A DNA stretch of 64,000 bases. Origin: Candidatus Cloacimonadales bacterium. Lineage in GTDB: Bacteria; Cloacimonadota; Cloacimonadia; Cloacimonadales; JAIOQZ01. Location of the stretch: positions 1,445,735 through 1,509,734 of the forward strand of contig OY762463.1 in the NCBI GenBank assembly GCA_963665815.1, in the 5' to 3' direction. The position numbers and the translations under genes are program-made. The notes beneath the pieces are model-generated. The model saw only the letters and a program-made list of their open reading frames with translations. It made no database searches and had not been told where the DNA came from. Each line of letters begins with the position of its first letter. Position 1 is the stretch's first letter. This document shows positions 53,401 to 62,471 of this stretch, in pieces.

Positions 53401-56024
53401 AAAGCCATTACGTATGGGAATGTTGTGACAGTGGGATCACTTCTTGTTGTGAATGACCATACAGGACAACCTGTTGCATCACCTATTGTATTATAAGGCA
53501 CTACAGTCCAGTAATATGTTGTGCTGTAACTTAATCCTTCATATGAGTAATAGTATGAGGCACCGAGGTCTAAACCATCTTCAATATTTGTTGGAGGATT
53601 GTCAGTACCAACATATATTTTGTAACCTGTTGCTCCCTGTGCTCCCATCCAGCCAATACGACCGTACTCAAGTAAATCATTTTCTGCATCTTGTGGATAC
53701 TGAAGAGATGTACATGCCGGAGGAATGTTGTTGTCATATATAGCAAGATCATCAATACATATGTCACTGTAAAAATCACTTCCTGTTGTTCCAACAAACT
53801 CTATCATAAATGGGTTAGCATTATAAGGAGTAAGGTCAACAGTTACATTATACCAGACATCTCCCTGATCCCCGGATATAGGTTGAATAACATCAGCAGT
53901 CACAGTTCCTGTAACTATGTCAATTACATTAACCTGTAATGTTCCCATTGTTTGACCATACATGTGATACCAGAATTCAAATGTAGGAGCTGAAAGCCCT
54001 GACACGTTAAATGGGTTTGTTTTCATTTTGAAAAGCTGATTGTTGTTACCGGATGCTTCAGTATACATGAAGTAACCGGCTCCTGTTGTGTGGTCACCGG
54101 ATTGTGGACCAGTAGCAGTAGATGATGTTGAAGTACCGTATGACCATGGATCCATATTAGTCGGATCATCAATCCAGTTCATTGGTATTGCACCGGTTTC
54201 AAAGTCTTCAGAATATGGGAATGCAGAAATAATTGGATCTGCTCTTGTTGTGAATGACCATACAGGACATGCAGTGGCGTCTCCATTTACATTATATGGT
54301 GTTACCATCCAGTAGTATGTTGTTCCGAATGAAAGACCTGAATAGTCGTAAGAAAGGGCTGCACCAACATCAAAATGATCAACAATATTAGTTGGCGGGT
54401 TATCTGTACCAAGTGAAATTTTGTAATCTGTAGCACCTTGTGCACCACCCCACATCAATGTTCCAGTTTCAAGAACATCAACTGACATATCAGCAGGTAT
54501 TGCAGCATTTGAACATCCCGGAGCGGTTGTATTGTCGTAGATTCCTACATCATCAATACTGATATCACTGTAATAATCTGAACCTGTAGTTCCAATAAAT
54601 TCAACCTGAAATTCCCCTGTATATGAAGATAAGTCGATAGATGCGCTATTCCATACATCTCCCTGATCACCACTGATAGGTGTAATAACATCTGCATGTA
54701 ATGTTGCTGTTGCAGGTTCATAAACATTTACCTGAAGAGATCCCATTGTTTGTCCATACATGTGATACCAGAATTCGAATACAGGAGCTGTAAGAGCTGA
54801 TGTATTATAAGTTGGAGATGTCACTTTAAATACCTGATTTGTATTACCGGATGCTTCAGTATACATGAAGTAACCGGCTCCTGTTGTGTGGTCACCGGAT
54901 TGTGGACCAGTAGCAGTAGATGATGTTGAAGTACCGAATGACCATGGATCCAAATTTGCTGCATCTTCAACCCAGCAAGATGGAAGTACTCCACCTTCAA
55001 AATCTTCTGCCCATGGGAATGTTACGATTGTTCCACATTGAGTCTCAAATGTCCAGATTGCACCTGTAGTTGAAAGCCTTGTGGTTGAATTGTGAGTATC
55101 TACTCTCCATTCATAGTCAGTTAGTGTATTAAGACCATTATATGTATATGATCCTGTAGCCCCTGCTGCTGCACCTGTTACAACCTGAGTCATATTGCCG
55201 GCAGGACCAAACCACAAATCATAAGTCTCTGTGTCTGCTCCGAAATCCCATGTTAATGTACCATCCACAAGTATACCTGTTGAACCTGATGGCGGATTAG
55301 GATTCTGAGCAAATTCAGGGTAACCTGCTTCTACCGTGTAGTATTTTATTGCGAGTTGATCTGAAAGATTTGATGCATCGTTAAAACAGTATTCAAGACC
55401 GATTGTTCCGTCACTGTTCTCGATACCTACTGTACATCCTGCCATATCGATTCCACCATTGAAAGAATCATACTGCATGATGATTTGTCCATTGTCACGC
55501 ATGATTACCTGAGCTTCGACAAATCCTGTACCTTCACCTGAGTATTCATGATAATTCATGAAAGAGATTAAAAGAGCGTTTGTACCTTCAAAAGTGATAT
55601 TTTCATAGTAGATTCCTGCATTATTTGCAGGTGTGGTAGTACTTACAGGATCTAAGTCATCCCAGAACCAGGCAATCATATTATTTGGAACACCGGCAGT
55701 TGGGATTGTGTAGTTCGAAAGACTGTTTGAGTCATTTGAAAATGAAATAAATCCGTTTGAACTTAAATAGAAATCCGTGTAAGATTGATCGTAAAACGGG
55801 AAACTGAATCCAATTGAGTAAGGTCCGTCAATTGAATCATCACTTAATGTTGTTATTGTGTTTGCATTTACAGTATCTGGAGTTATCCAGCTGAATGCAG
55901 GACCGCTTGGGTCATTACTGTTTATCCATGAGTATCCATACGCATCAGGTCCCCCTGAAGTCTGCGCATACATAAACATAATGGATAACAGAAAAAATAA
56001 GACTACAACTAGTTTCTTATTCAT
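50466..56024 (-). CDS. Giant secreted multi-domain protein (1852 aa): repeated MAM-like plus FN3/PKD-like modules, CARDB-like, several carboxypeptidase-regulatory-like domains, T9SS-type CTD
   Basis: Signal peptide ...FMYA|QTSGG. MAM-type signature occurs twice, near-identically (DPWS(F/Y)GTSTSSTATGPQSGDHTTGAGYFMYTEASGN...FEFWYHMYGQTMG.LQVNV), plus two more divergent copies. CarboxypepD_reg-like GIQGYVRDINGNPL..., ILMGTVYDHANVEVAG... CTD NYPNPFNPTTHIEFSL...VYNINGQKV...SGVYFYRL. Confidence 0.85.
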   Translation of the reverse strand: MNKKLVVVLFFLLSIMFMYAQTSGGPDAYGYSWINSNDPSGPAFSWITPDTVNANTITTLSDDSIDGPYSIGFSFPFYDQSYTDFYLSSNGFISFSNDSNSLSNYTIPTAGVPNNMIAWFWDDLDPVSTTTPANNAGIYYENITFEGTNALLISFMNYHEYSGEGTGFVEAQVIMRDNGQIIMQYDSFNGGIDMAGCTVGIENSDGTIGLEYCFNDASNLSDQLAIKYYTVEAGYPEFAQNPNPPSGSTGILVDGTLTWDFGADTETYDLWFGPAGNMTQVVTGAAAGATGSYTYNGLNTLTDYEWRVDTHNSTTRLSTTGAIWTFETQCGTIVTFPWAEDFEGGVLPSCWVEDAANLDPWSFGTSTSSTATGPQSGDHTTGAGYFMYTEASGNTNQVFKVTSPTYNTSALTAPVFEFWYHMYGQTMGSLQVNVYEPATATLHADVITPISGDQGDVWNSASIDLSSYTGEFQVEFIGTTGSDYYSDISIDDVGIYDNTTAPGCSNAAIPADMSVDVLETGTLMWGGAQGATDYKISLGTDNPPTNIVDHFDVGAALSYDYSGLSFGTTYYWMVTPYNVNGDATACPVWSFTTRADPIISAFPYSEDFETGAIPMNWIDDPTNMDPWSYGTSTSSTATGPQSGDHTTGAGYFMYTEASGNNNQLFKMKTNPFNVSGLSAPTFEFWYHMYGQTMGTLQVNVIDIVTGTVTADVIQPISGDQGDVWYNVTVDLTPYNANPFMIEFVGTTGSDFYSDICIDDLAIYDNNIPPACTSLQYPQDAENDLLEYGRIGWMGAQGATGYKIYVGTDNPPTNIEDGLDLGASYYYSYEGLSYSTTYYWTVVPYNTIGDATGCPVWSFTTRSDPTVTTFPYVMAFEDTTLLADWHNEIYLDNDNWSLATSSTYGATFDNTSGTGYFIHFTDSGTGVDSAWATSTIYDITALTNPVVEFNYWIGHPDQSAQEQSTFYIDIYSNGSWNMGVASYTYSPAWTLGSIDLTTYSSTDLQFRFRAIGSSSFYSDISVDDFTIFDNNVAPSCTIPNSPMDAENPVMEGGTMSWRGAPGATGYKIYFGTDNPPTNIEDGTDIGNVLTYDYNNLSFATTYYWTIVPYNTLGDATGCPVWSYTTRPDPSVVNFPWTEDFSVWPLDTRGWYMGGTQQWAEHSGSGSAYCNFWGWSTGNAELYSPPIALTGNADLVFKWSHAYNASYPNDAMEVSISTDQTNWSVVWSRMGDQFESSDGAGNTTPGTFIQETINIDQYSGQTIYVKFDGISGYGPDLYLDDVGINITTPPNDDLTVITVVGNTTPMVGSPSDYTISVRNNGLNTQSTYDVKLMLAPDTELGTVAGTTIANNQILDYVITWTPQNGMEGNQNIFGKVVLANDEGPGNDNSAPLPVDVQPSQTGIQGYVRDINGNPLFNAQVLIEELQTVQYTGNNGFYQFLNVPVETYTVTASLTNYDNNTQTNVVVTQDNLTNVDFTMTQGAILMGTVYDHANVEVAGALVEIEQLAITTTTDAQGNYTFVQVTPGTYTVNATKDGYIDQTESNVVIAADATVDLDIILNEYGHFTVNITTNLSSPAGAVVELTDGTNTYTETSDDTGVVLLSEVLPGTYNLTASLPDCNIHEQQNIVIVNGDNTPVDVTLDEILIAPTNVQWLNNDRILVWQHGDRLYGTRTDGESALVEGSSYVERDSDNEEDERQFMYFRVEIDIINQTTSDTFFTVTGFNIGEQLTATITAVYETGTAAAPDFDFTFEEVANDPDDVNLVTELKGNYPNPFNPTTHIEFSLKKAGNVELAVYNINGQKVRTLVSEEMEADNHKVTWNGKDDRGNSVSSGVYFYRLQTSEVSQTKKMLMLK
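54046..54154. repeat. 109-nt intragenic repeat, copy 1 (partner at 54844-54952)
   Basis: The two copies lie 798 bp (266 codons) apart and differ at a single position (54139 T vs 54937 A). They encode the GPQSGDHTTGAGYFMYTEASGN core of two adjacent MAM-like modules. Confidence 0.9.
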
Positions 56025-56340
56025 ACTTTTCTCCTTCTGTTATATAGTATTAGCGATATTACTTAAATTCTTTCCTTTTGTGTAAAAATAATGTTGTTTT
56101 CCATTAATAGTCAAATAAAAAATTCCATTTATTGTTCTGTATTTAATACATAACATCAAAAGTTGACACTTTACTTATCTTACCGAGACTACTTCAATCA
56201 ACTTTCCTGACACTAATTTTTTTGAAACATTGCACCAGATATTGAGAAAAAAGTCCCATAAAGGCACCGTCCCCCCATAAATGCTTCTCAAAAGGGAAGT
56301 CGAGCCCTCAAAGCTTAATTTAAAACTCAATTCCCCAATA

Positions 56341-56373
56341 ATTAAAAAACAGCCTCCCAAGATGAGAGGCTGT
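56341..56373 (-). terminator. Intrinsic terminator after the 1303-aa gene
   Basis: ACAGCCTC (9-nt loop) GAGGCTGT, with a T-run on the minus strand (plus-strand A6 at 56344-49). It lies 22 nt after the stop. Confidence 0.75.
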
Positions 56374-56394
56374 TGTATATTTTTGGACTTCTTA

Positions 56395-59300
56395 CTATTT
56401 AAGAAGTATCATCTTTCTTGTAAGTTGTTTGTTTTCTGTTTTAAGTTTGTAGAAGTAAACACCAGAGCCAACTTTTTTGTCACGGCTATCAACACCTTCC
56501 CAGATTATTGTATGAGGTCCACTGGTAAGACGATCTTTTACAAGATCTTTAACTTTCTGACCCTTGATGTTATAAACAGCAAGCTCAACATTCTGGTCTC
56601 TGGCAATTGAGAACTCAATCTTTGTTTCAGGATTGAATGGATTTGGATAATTCTGATTCAGATAAGTTGTCGGCGCAAAATCAGGCACTTCATTTCCAAC
56701 AAACTCTCTTGTTACAATTATTTTACCTGTTGAGTTCACATTAATCGGCTGAATCACAGGATTGCTTCTCGCAAGATTATAAAGTTCATCTCTATATTCA
56801 AGATAAATATAAACATCATCCGGGAAGTTCTCTGTATCAAGAGAAAATTCAATATCATTCAAATCATCAATATCAAGATTGAATGTCCATTCTATTCTTG
56901 CATCTTCCTCATCTGAAAGAAGTCCTCTGATATCCTGATTCAGCACATTGTAATCAGCGAAAGATTCATCTTTATGTATATACATGGAGATATTTCTTGA
57001 GAATGGTTTTACAGGTGGTTCAATCAGATCGAAATGTTCTTCAAAGTCATCTGAACAATATTCTGATGTACCTATAATAATTCCATCTTTGTCCATATTA
57101 TTTTGTGTCACACTGATTTTTGCTGTATAATCAATCTCATTGGTAAACATTTGATCCGGATTATCTATAAACGGAACAAAAACAACCTCAACATTATTTT
57201 TGAGACTGTAAATCCAGAATCCTGATCCTTCATTAATTACATCAGCCATTAAATACTCATTATCGTATGTGTAGCATACATTCATGATGAGCTTATACTG
57301 AACAGCTTCTGTATACCTGTAAATAGTACCATTATAATTGAATCTCAGATCATCCATCGTATAATCGCTGATATGTGGATTAGGCACAAGATTCCAACCG
57401 TAATCAAGATCGTGATATACAGGATTCAATTCAAATGTAGCATCCTGAATAGTAACATTACCATTACTGATATCAGCCCAGTAAGCCATACCTGAATCAA
57501 ATGATGCCTGAGTCTGGTATGCACTGTCTACATAACTGTGCAGAGTAAGATTACTGCCAAATACAGTATTTATATCATTTATATCTGTAACCGGATTAGA
57601 CAAAATCTTTCTTCCCGGAAGATAACTGAATTGATATTGCTGCGGTACAGTTCCAACCTGCCAGCCACTTAAATACTCAACATATTCACCATTTGTAAGA
57701 GTTGCACCTATTACAAGATTAGCTTCTTCCATGAATAAATTTTCGGGGACTGTCCAGTTTACTGATGAAACATAGTAAATCTGATCTTGAGCTAACATGA
57801 TTTCATCTGTTTCTGATCTTAAGAATACATCAAAATGATCAATCAGGAATGAGTAATCAATACTCCATGAGAATGTCAGTTCATCACCTTCTTCAAAATA
57901 ACGGTGATTTGTGTAAGCAAAATCAACTTCCGGCAATGCATTTCCAAGATAGACTACAAATGTTCTATAATCATTATCCGCTGCCTGGAATGCATAATTA
58001 TCTACAGCAAGATCAGTCTGAATTCCTGATGAATTATCAATAACCCAGAGTTTCCTTCCGTCTCTGAAACCAACATTTGGGCAGCTCACTGTAAGATCTT
58101 CATTATTAATAGATGTTTTTACCCTCATAACCCATGTTTTAAGGGATGTATCAATATCATAGTAACTTTTGATATGTCTCGAAAGCTCTTTGTTAGATTG
58201 CCAGTATCTTTCATAGAACTGAGCTTTAATATATGTGCCTGTTGCTATCTGATTATCCGTAGCATCAATCCCATTGTTGAAATAGTCTGATGCAGCATAG
58301 TTGTATCCAAATTCTACTGAATCAACTACTGATCCGTCTCCGTTTGATATCATAATCTTGTAGATAACTTCAGGTGTAACGGTTCTTACAAAATTGCTTA
58401 CATATTCATTGTTATCATTTCCCATCGTTGCAATTTTATAATAGTAAGTTGTACCATTCTGGACTGAGTAATCATTATAATAGTAATTAACATAGTTTGA
58501 AATTGATGGACCAAGTTCAGGATTTGAATTCCAATCTGCTATAGTCTGATATGGACCTTCAACATCTGTTGCTCTTTTCACCATGAATCCCTGATTATCT
58601 CTTTGAGAAGCTACTGTCCAGAACAATTCAACCAGACCATCTCTCGGAGTTGCACTGAATATATTGTTGTAGAATAATCCAGGTGTTGCAATTACTTCAT
58701 CTGAAAGCTCTGAAACGTTATCATTGAGATCAACAGCTCTCACTCTGAAATAGTAAGGACCATCACCTAAACCATTGATTGTATACATTGTTGTAGCCTG
58801 AGATCCCAGAGCAGGACTGAGACTTTTATCATATGTAAAATAGTTATCTGTTCCAATTGGTTCATCGGCAACAAGGACTTCATAAGTACTGAAATCAAAG
58901 TCAGACGCCTGAGTCCATTGCAGAGTGACAAAACCCTGAGATTCATCGTAAACTTCCAGGTCTGATGGGGCAACCGGTGGTTGACCATTATCCATCGCTG
59001 TCATCTCAGTAATAACTTCACCCATTGCAGTAATAAAAGGTTGGTAAAAAGCTATACAATTATCCCAAACCTTATCCATATCATACTTACCTGTGTCCGG
59101 ATTCCAACCCCAGAACCATTTCTTGTTAAGAGTGTCCTGAGGATAGCAATTCGGAAGTTCATCAAATTCTACATGGAAAAATGGTTCCCATACATCATAA
59201 TCATTCATTCCGGCATTTGTATATTCCATTTGCTTATTATATGTATAACCTGGAAGATCCATGTGACCATTTACCGGAAGGAGAGTATCTCCGTACTGAT

Positions 59301-60294
59301 ATGTAAAGTCATATGTGCCCCAGTTAAATGCGTAATAATCGAAGTAAGTCACATCATCATGAATACCTACAGTATTAGCTGGAACTGCAATGTAAGGTGT
59401 TCTATTTACAACATCTATCTTCTCAAAAGATAAATCTCTTATTGGTAAGTTAGGATTACTTTTTCCATTTCCTGCAGAAATCTGACATGGAGCATATCCA
59501 ATATGAGACTCTGTATCATAAGTGTGAATCTGAACGGATAGCTCTTTTCTGCCAAAATCATCTCTTATATCATCACAGAAAGCCTGATAAGCAACATTAA
59601 ACGGGTGATCAGCCACACGGCTTGGGTCACACAAGGTTTTTGAGTTTGAATAATCACCCTGATGTGTCCATAATACTTCACGTCCAGTTCCGCTTACACA
59701 CCAGTATGCAGCATCCCACTCAATGAAAGCTTTATATGACATAACAGTTGTTGGATAGTCATCATTTATGTGTGGAGTTGTGATTATCACAGGATTTGCA
59801 GCATTAGGACTGTAAATATACAATCCCCAACCATATGTAAATGCTCCTGATTCATCATCAGTTGAATCAGCAGGAGTTCCGTTATCATCATAAAATGTTG
59901 TATCTGGTATTTCTCTGAGCATAAAAAATTGTCTACCTGAATCGGTATCGTTAAATTCAACAACTTCGTAAGGAAAACCATATTCAGCAATTGCTGAATC
60001 AGCTCTTGTAAGCTCTCCGTTTACACAGAAATCCACAATTGTCTGCCAGTTACCGGACTCTGTTCCATCAAATGTATTATAAGATCCGAAACCATCAGTT
60101 TGTCTGTCAAAAGCAGCATAAACATTATATCCGGGATCAGCAATACCTTCTGCTACGTGACTGAGCCAATTATCATAGGCACAGTCATCAGTCTGTCCGA
60201 ACAGGAAGTCATAAAGACTTGCATTCTCAACAGTAACTGCTGAAAGCATCAGTACTGACATCAAGGAAATCAGCAAAAATATATATTTCTTCAT
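56395..60294 (-). CDS. Secreted 1299-aa protein with an unassigned N-terminal ~430-aa domain, FN3 domains and a T9SS-type CTD
   Basis: Signal peptide MKKYIFLLISLMSVLMLSA. FN3-like PVAPSDLEVYDESQGFVTLQWT...YYFRVRAVDLNDNVS. CTD NYPNPFNPETKIEFSI...VYNIKGQKV...SGVYFYKL. I chose the ATG at 60294 (GGAG 6 nt upstream) over 60306. Confidence 0.8.
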   Translation of the reverse strand: MKKYIFLLISLMSVLMLSAVTVENASLYDFLFGQTDDCAYDNWLSHVAEGIADPGYNVYAAFDRQTDGFGSYNTFDGTESGNWQTIVDFCVNGELTRADSAIAEYGFPYEVVEFNDTDSGRQFFMLREIPDTTFYDDNGTPADSTDDESGAFTYGWGLYIYSPNAANPVIITTPHINDDYPTTVMSYKAFIEWDAAYWCVSGTGREVLWTHQGDYSNSKTLCDPSRVADHPFNVAYQAFCDDIRDDFGRKELSVQIHTYDTESHIGYAPCQISAGNGKSNPNLPIRDLSFEKIDVVNRTPYIAVPANTVGIHDDVTYFDYYAFNWGTYDFTYQYGDTLLPVNGHMDLPGYTYNKQMEYTNAGMNDYDVWEPFFHVEFDELPNCYPQDTLNKKWFWGWNPDTGKYDMDKVWDNCIAFYQPFITAMGEVITEMTAMDNGQPPVAPSDLEVYDESQGFVTLQWTQASDFDFSTYEVLVADEPIGTDNYFTYDKSLSPALGSQATTMYTINGLGDGPYYFRVRAVDLNDNVSELSDEVIATPGLFYNNIFSATPRDGLVELFWTVASQRDNQGFMVKRATDVEGPYQTIADWNSNPELGPSISNYVNYYYNDYSVQNGTTYYYKIATMGNDNNEYVSNFVRTVTPEVIYKIMISNGDGSVVDSVEFGYNYAASDYFNNGIDATDNQIATGTYIKAQFYERYWQSNKELSRHIKSYYDIDTSLKTWVMRVKTSINNEDLTVSCPNVGFRDGRKLWVIDNSSGIQTDLAVDNYAFQAADNDYRTFVVYLGNALPEVDFAYTNHRYFEEGDELTFSWSIDYSFLIDHFDVFLRSETDEIMLAQDQIYYVSSVNWTVPENLFMEEANLVIGATLTNGEYVEYLSGWQVGTVPQQYQFSYLPGRKILSNPVTDINDINTVFGSNLTLHSYVDSAYQTQASFDSGMAYWADISNGNVTIQDATFELNPVYHDLDYGWNLVPNPHISDYTMDDLRFNYNGTIYRYTEAVQYKLIMNVCYTYDNEYLMADVINEGSGFWIYSLKNNVEVVFVPFIDNPDQMFTNEIDYTAKISVTQNNMDKDGIIIGTSEYCSDDFEEHFDLIEPPVKPFSRNISMYIHKDESFADYNVLNQDIRGLLSDEEDARIEWTFNLDIDDLNDIEFSLDTENFPDDVYIYLEYRDELYNLARSNPVIQPINVNSTGKIIVTREFVGNEVPDFAPTTYLNQNYPNPFNPETKIEFSIARDQNVELAVYNIKGQKVKDLVKDRLTSGPHTIIWEGVDSRDKKVGSGVYFYKLKTENKQLTRKMILLK

Positions 60295-60306
60295 TGTACA
60301 CTCCAT

Positions 60307-62232
60307 TTATTTCATTAACAGCATTTTTCCGGATGCTGTTCTACCATTAGATCTAAGTCTGTAGAAATACACACCTGTAGAGACATCAATACCTGATGAG
60401 TCTTTACCATTCCATGTGATCGTGTGTTTCCCTTCGTTTAAATACTTATCAACCAGTTTTATTACTTTCTGTCCTTTGACATTATAAACTGTTAATTCTG
60501 CATTTGAAGATTCAGACAGTGAAAATGAGATGTTTGTTTCAGGATTAAAAGGATTAGGGTAGTTTCCAATAATCTCTGTAGCATATCTAACATCTTCCAC
60601 ATCGTCATTTGCAACAAGCCCAAGATTTACATCTACAGATACAAGTTGACCAAGTGTAACCTGAATACCTTGTTCTGTATATTCTTCATAACCCTCTGCC
60701 CAGTAAGTTACATCATGTGTTCCTTCAGGGATATTGCGCAGAATGTAATACCCAGCTTCATTTGTTAAAGCAAGTCGTTCTGAATTAGCTCCAACCACGT
60801 TTACTGTAGCACCTTCAATTGGATTATCATTTTCGTCATAAACAAAACCATCAATATCACCACCTGTAAAATCAGTAGAAAAAATAGCGAAATCGGCATA
60901 CATATCCATAAGAATTCCACCGTTAATTCCTTGATTAAGATCAATTTCTGTAGCACTGTAAAGAACTCTTGATCTGTCTTCATATTGTGGCATAGTATTG
61001 CAATAGAACTTGTTATTCTGACTGTATGCTTCAGTTGTATAAGATCTGATAACAGTTACAACAAGATTCCCCAGTCTCTGTGAATAAGGTGTATTAAGAG
61101 CGATATTAACCAGATGGTTACCACTCATAAAGCTAACGGGTCCTTCATATACAAGCTGCTGATCATAAAGCTGAACCCACCCTTCTGTAAGGTCATCTTC
61201 TTCAGTTTCACCCATGTAAATCTTTACCGGAACATTCTCAACATCATAAACAAAGTTGTTATAAAAACATAACTCAAAGATGTTACCTGAGAAACCAATA
61301 ATCTGATTGGAATTTATTATTGTCTGATAAACACTCATGTTATTGGTCAAATCGAAAGGAATCTGATTGTATTGTATTGATGCATTGTTATCAACAAACA
61401 TATCTGTTTCGTCTGTATTAACAAACTTAACATCAATAAGATCAGTTGCATTATTAGATTCATTTTCATCATTCTGATATGTAATTTTTCCGAAAATATT
61501 TGTATTTTCTGATACTATCTGGTCCGGTGTATTCCAGGTAAGAAGATTAATTACATCTGCACCAGCCACAAGTGGTGAAGGAACGTCAAATGAATGAAGA
61601 AGAGTATCATCTTCTTTATACAATCCTATTGTATAACCTGTAACATCATTAGTCCCAACATTCTCTACATGAAAATTGAACTGGTATGTTTCTGATGGTT
61701 CGAAAATTCTTGCCGGGAAATCAACAGCTGCTAACTGAAGATCGTTAGCTGATTGTACATTCATTTCAGGGAAGGTGATATTATCAATATATCCTGCATC
61801 GTCTCCCCCATCAGCATTTCTGTCTTTCTCATATTTCCATGAAATTGTGTGCTGTCCGGGAGGTATTGGTACTTCAAACAATGACCAGTTAGTATCTCCG
61901 CTAATTTGAGCAATCTGCCCACCATCAATTGAGAATATCAGATAATCATAATCAGCCTCGCTGCTTACTCTCCAGTAAAATGATAATGTATCAAGCCTGG
62001 AAACATCAATTGTGATGAATAATTCTGAGTTCTCGTAATGTGTAACGTCTCCTGATTTTGCACAATATGTGCCTTCCTGTGGATTAGATGTAACAATCGT
62101 CCAGTCTGCATTTCCTCCATTTTGCCAGTTGTTGGCTGAAAAGTCTCCGGATTCGAAACCTTCCTGAGCAAAAACCGGAATACAGAAAAGAACGAAAGTC
62201 ATGAATAAAAAAAGTTGCTTTTTCATTTTCAT
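60307..62232 (-). CDS. Secreted 641-aa protein: N-terminal jelly-roll (choice-of-anchor-J/MAM-like) domain, CARDB-like, carboxypeptidase-regulatory-like domain, T9SS-type CTD
   Basis: Signal peptide ...PVFA|QEGFE. GFESGDFSANNWQNGGNADWTIV...ISWKYEKD. CARDB-like DLQLAAVDFP...FHVENVGTNDV. DIDGFVYDENDNPIEGATVNV. CTD NYPNPFNPETNISFSL... Confidence 0.8.
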   Translation of the reverse strand: MKMKKQLFLFMTFVLFCIPVFAQEGFESGDFSANNWQNGGNADWTIVTSNPQEGTYCAKSGDVTHYENSELFITIDVSRLDTLSFYWRVSSEADYDYLIFSIDGGQIAQISGDTNWSLFEVPIPPGQHTISWKYEKDRNADGGDDAGYIDNITFPEMNVQSANDLQLAAVDFPARIFEPSETYQFNFHVENVGTNDVTGYTIGLYKEDDTLLHSFDVPSPLVAGADVINLLTWNTPDQIVSENTNIFGKITYQNDENESNNATDLIDVKFVNTDETDMFVDNNASIQYNQIPFDLTNNMSVYQTIINSNQIIGFSGNIFELCFYNNFVYDVENVPVKIYMGETEEDDLTEGWVQLYDQQLVYEGPVSFMSGNHLVNIALNTPYSQRLGNLVVTVIRSYTTEAYSQNNKFYCNTMPQYEDRSRVLYSATEIDLNQGINGGILMDMYADFAIFSTDFTGGDIDGFVYDENDNPIEGATVNVVGANSERLALTNEAGYYILRNIPEGTHDVTYWAEGYEEYTEQGIQVTLGQLVSVDVNLGLVANDDVEDVRYATEIIGNYPNPFNPETNISFSLSESSNAELTVYNVKGQKVIKLVDKYLNEGKHTITWNGKDSSGIDVSTGVYFYRLRSNGRTASGKMLLMK

Positions 62233-62471
62233 AATCGCTCCTGTTATATATGTTTAATTTTGTTAGAACTTCCTTAATAATTGTCTTTTATACTGCTTTT
62301 GTAAAATTTATCGTCAAGTTATTTGTAAACATTCTAAGTATATCTCAATAATCATTTAAAAAAATAAATAAATGAAAATATTCTCATTCACGATTTACAA
62401 TGCATTTATCTCATTGATCTACTTTATATTGGCAAACTTTTACAGTGTTTACTGTCTGAGTTTTCAACAAC

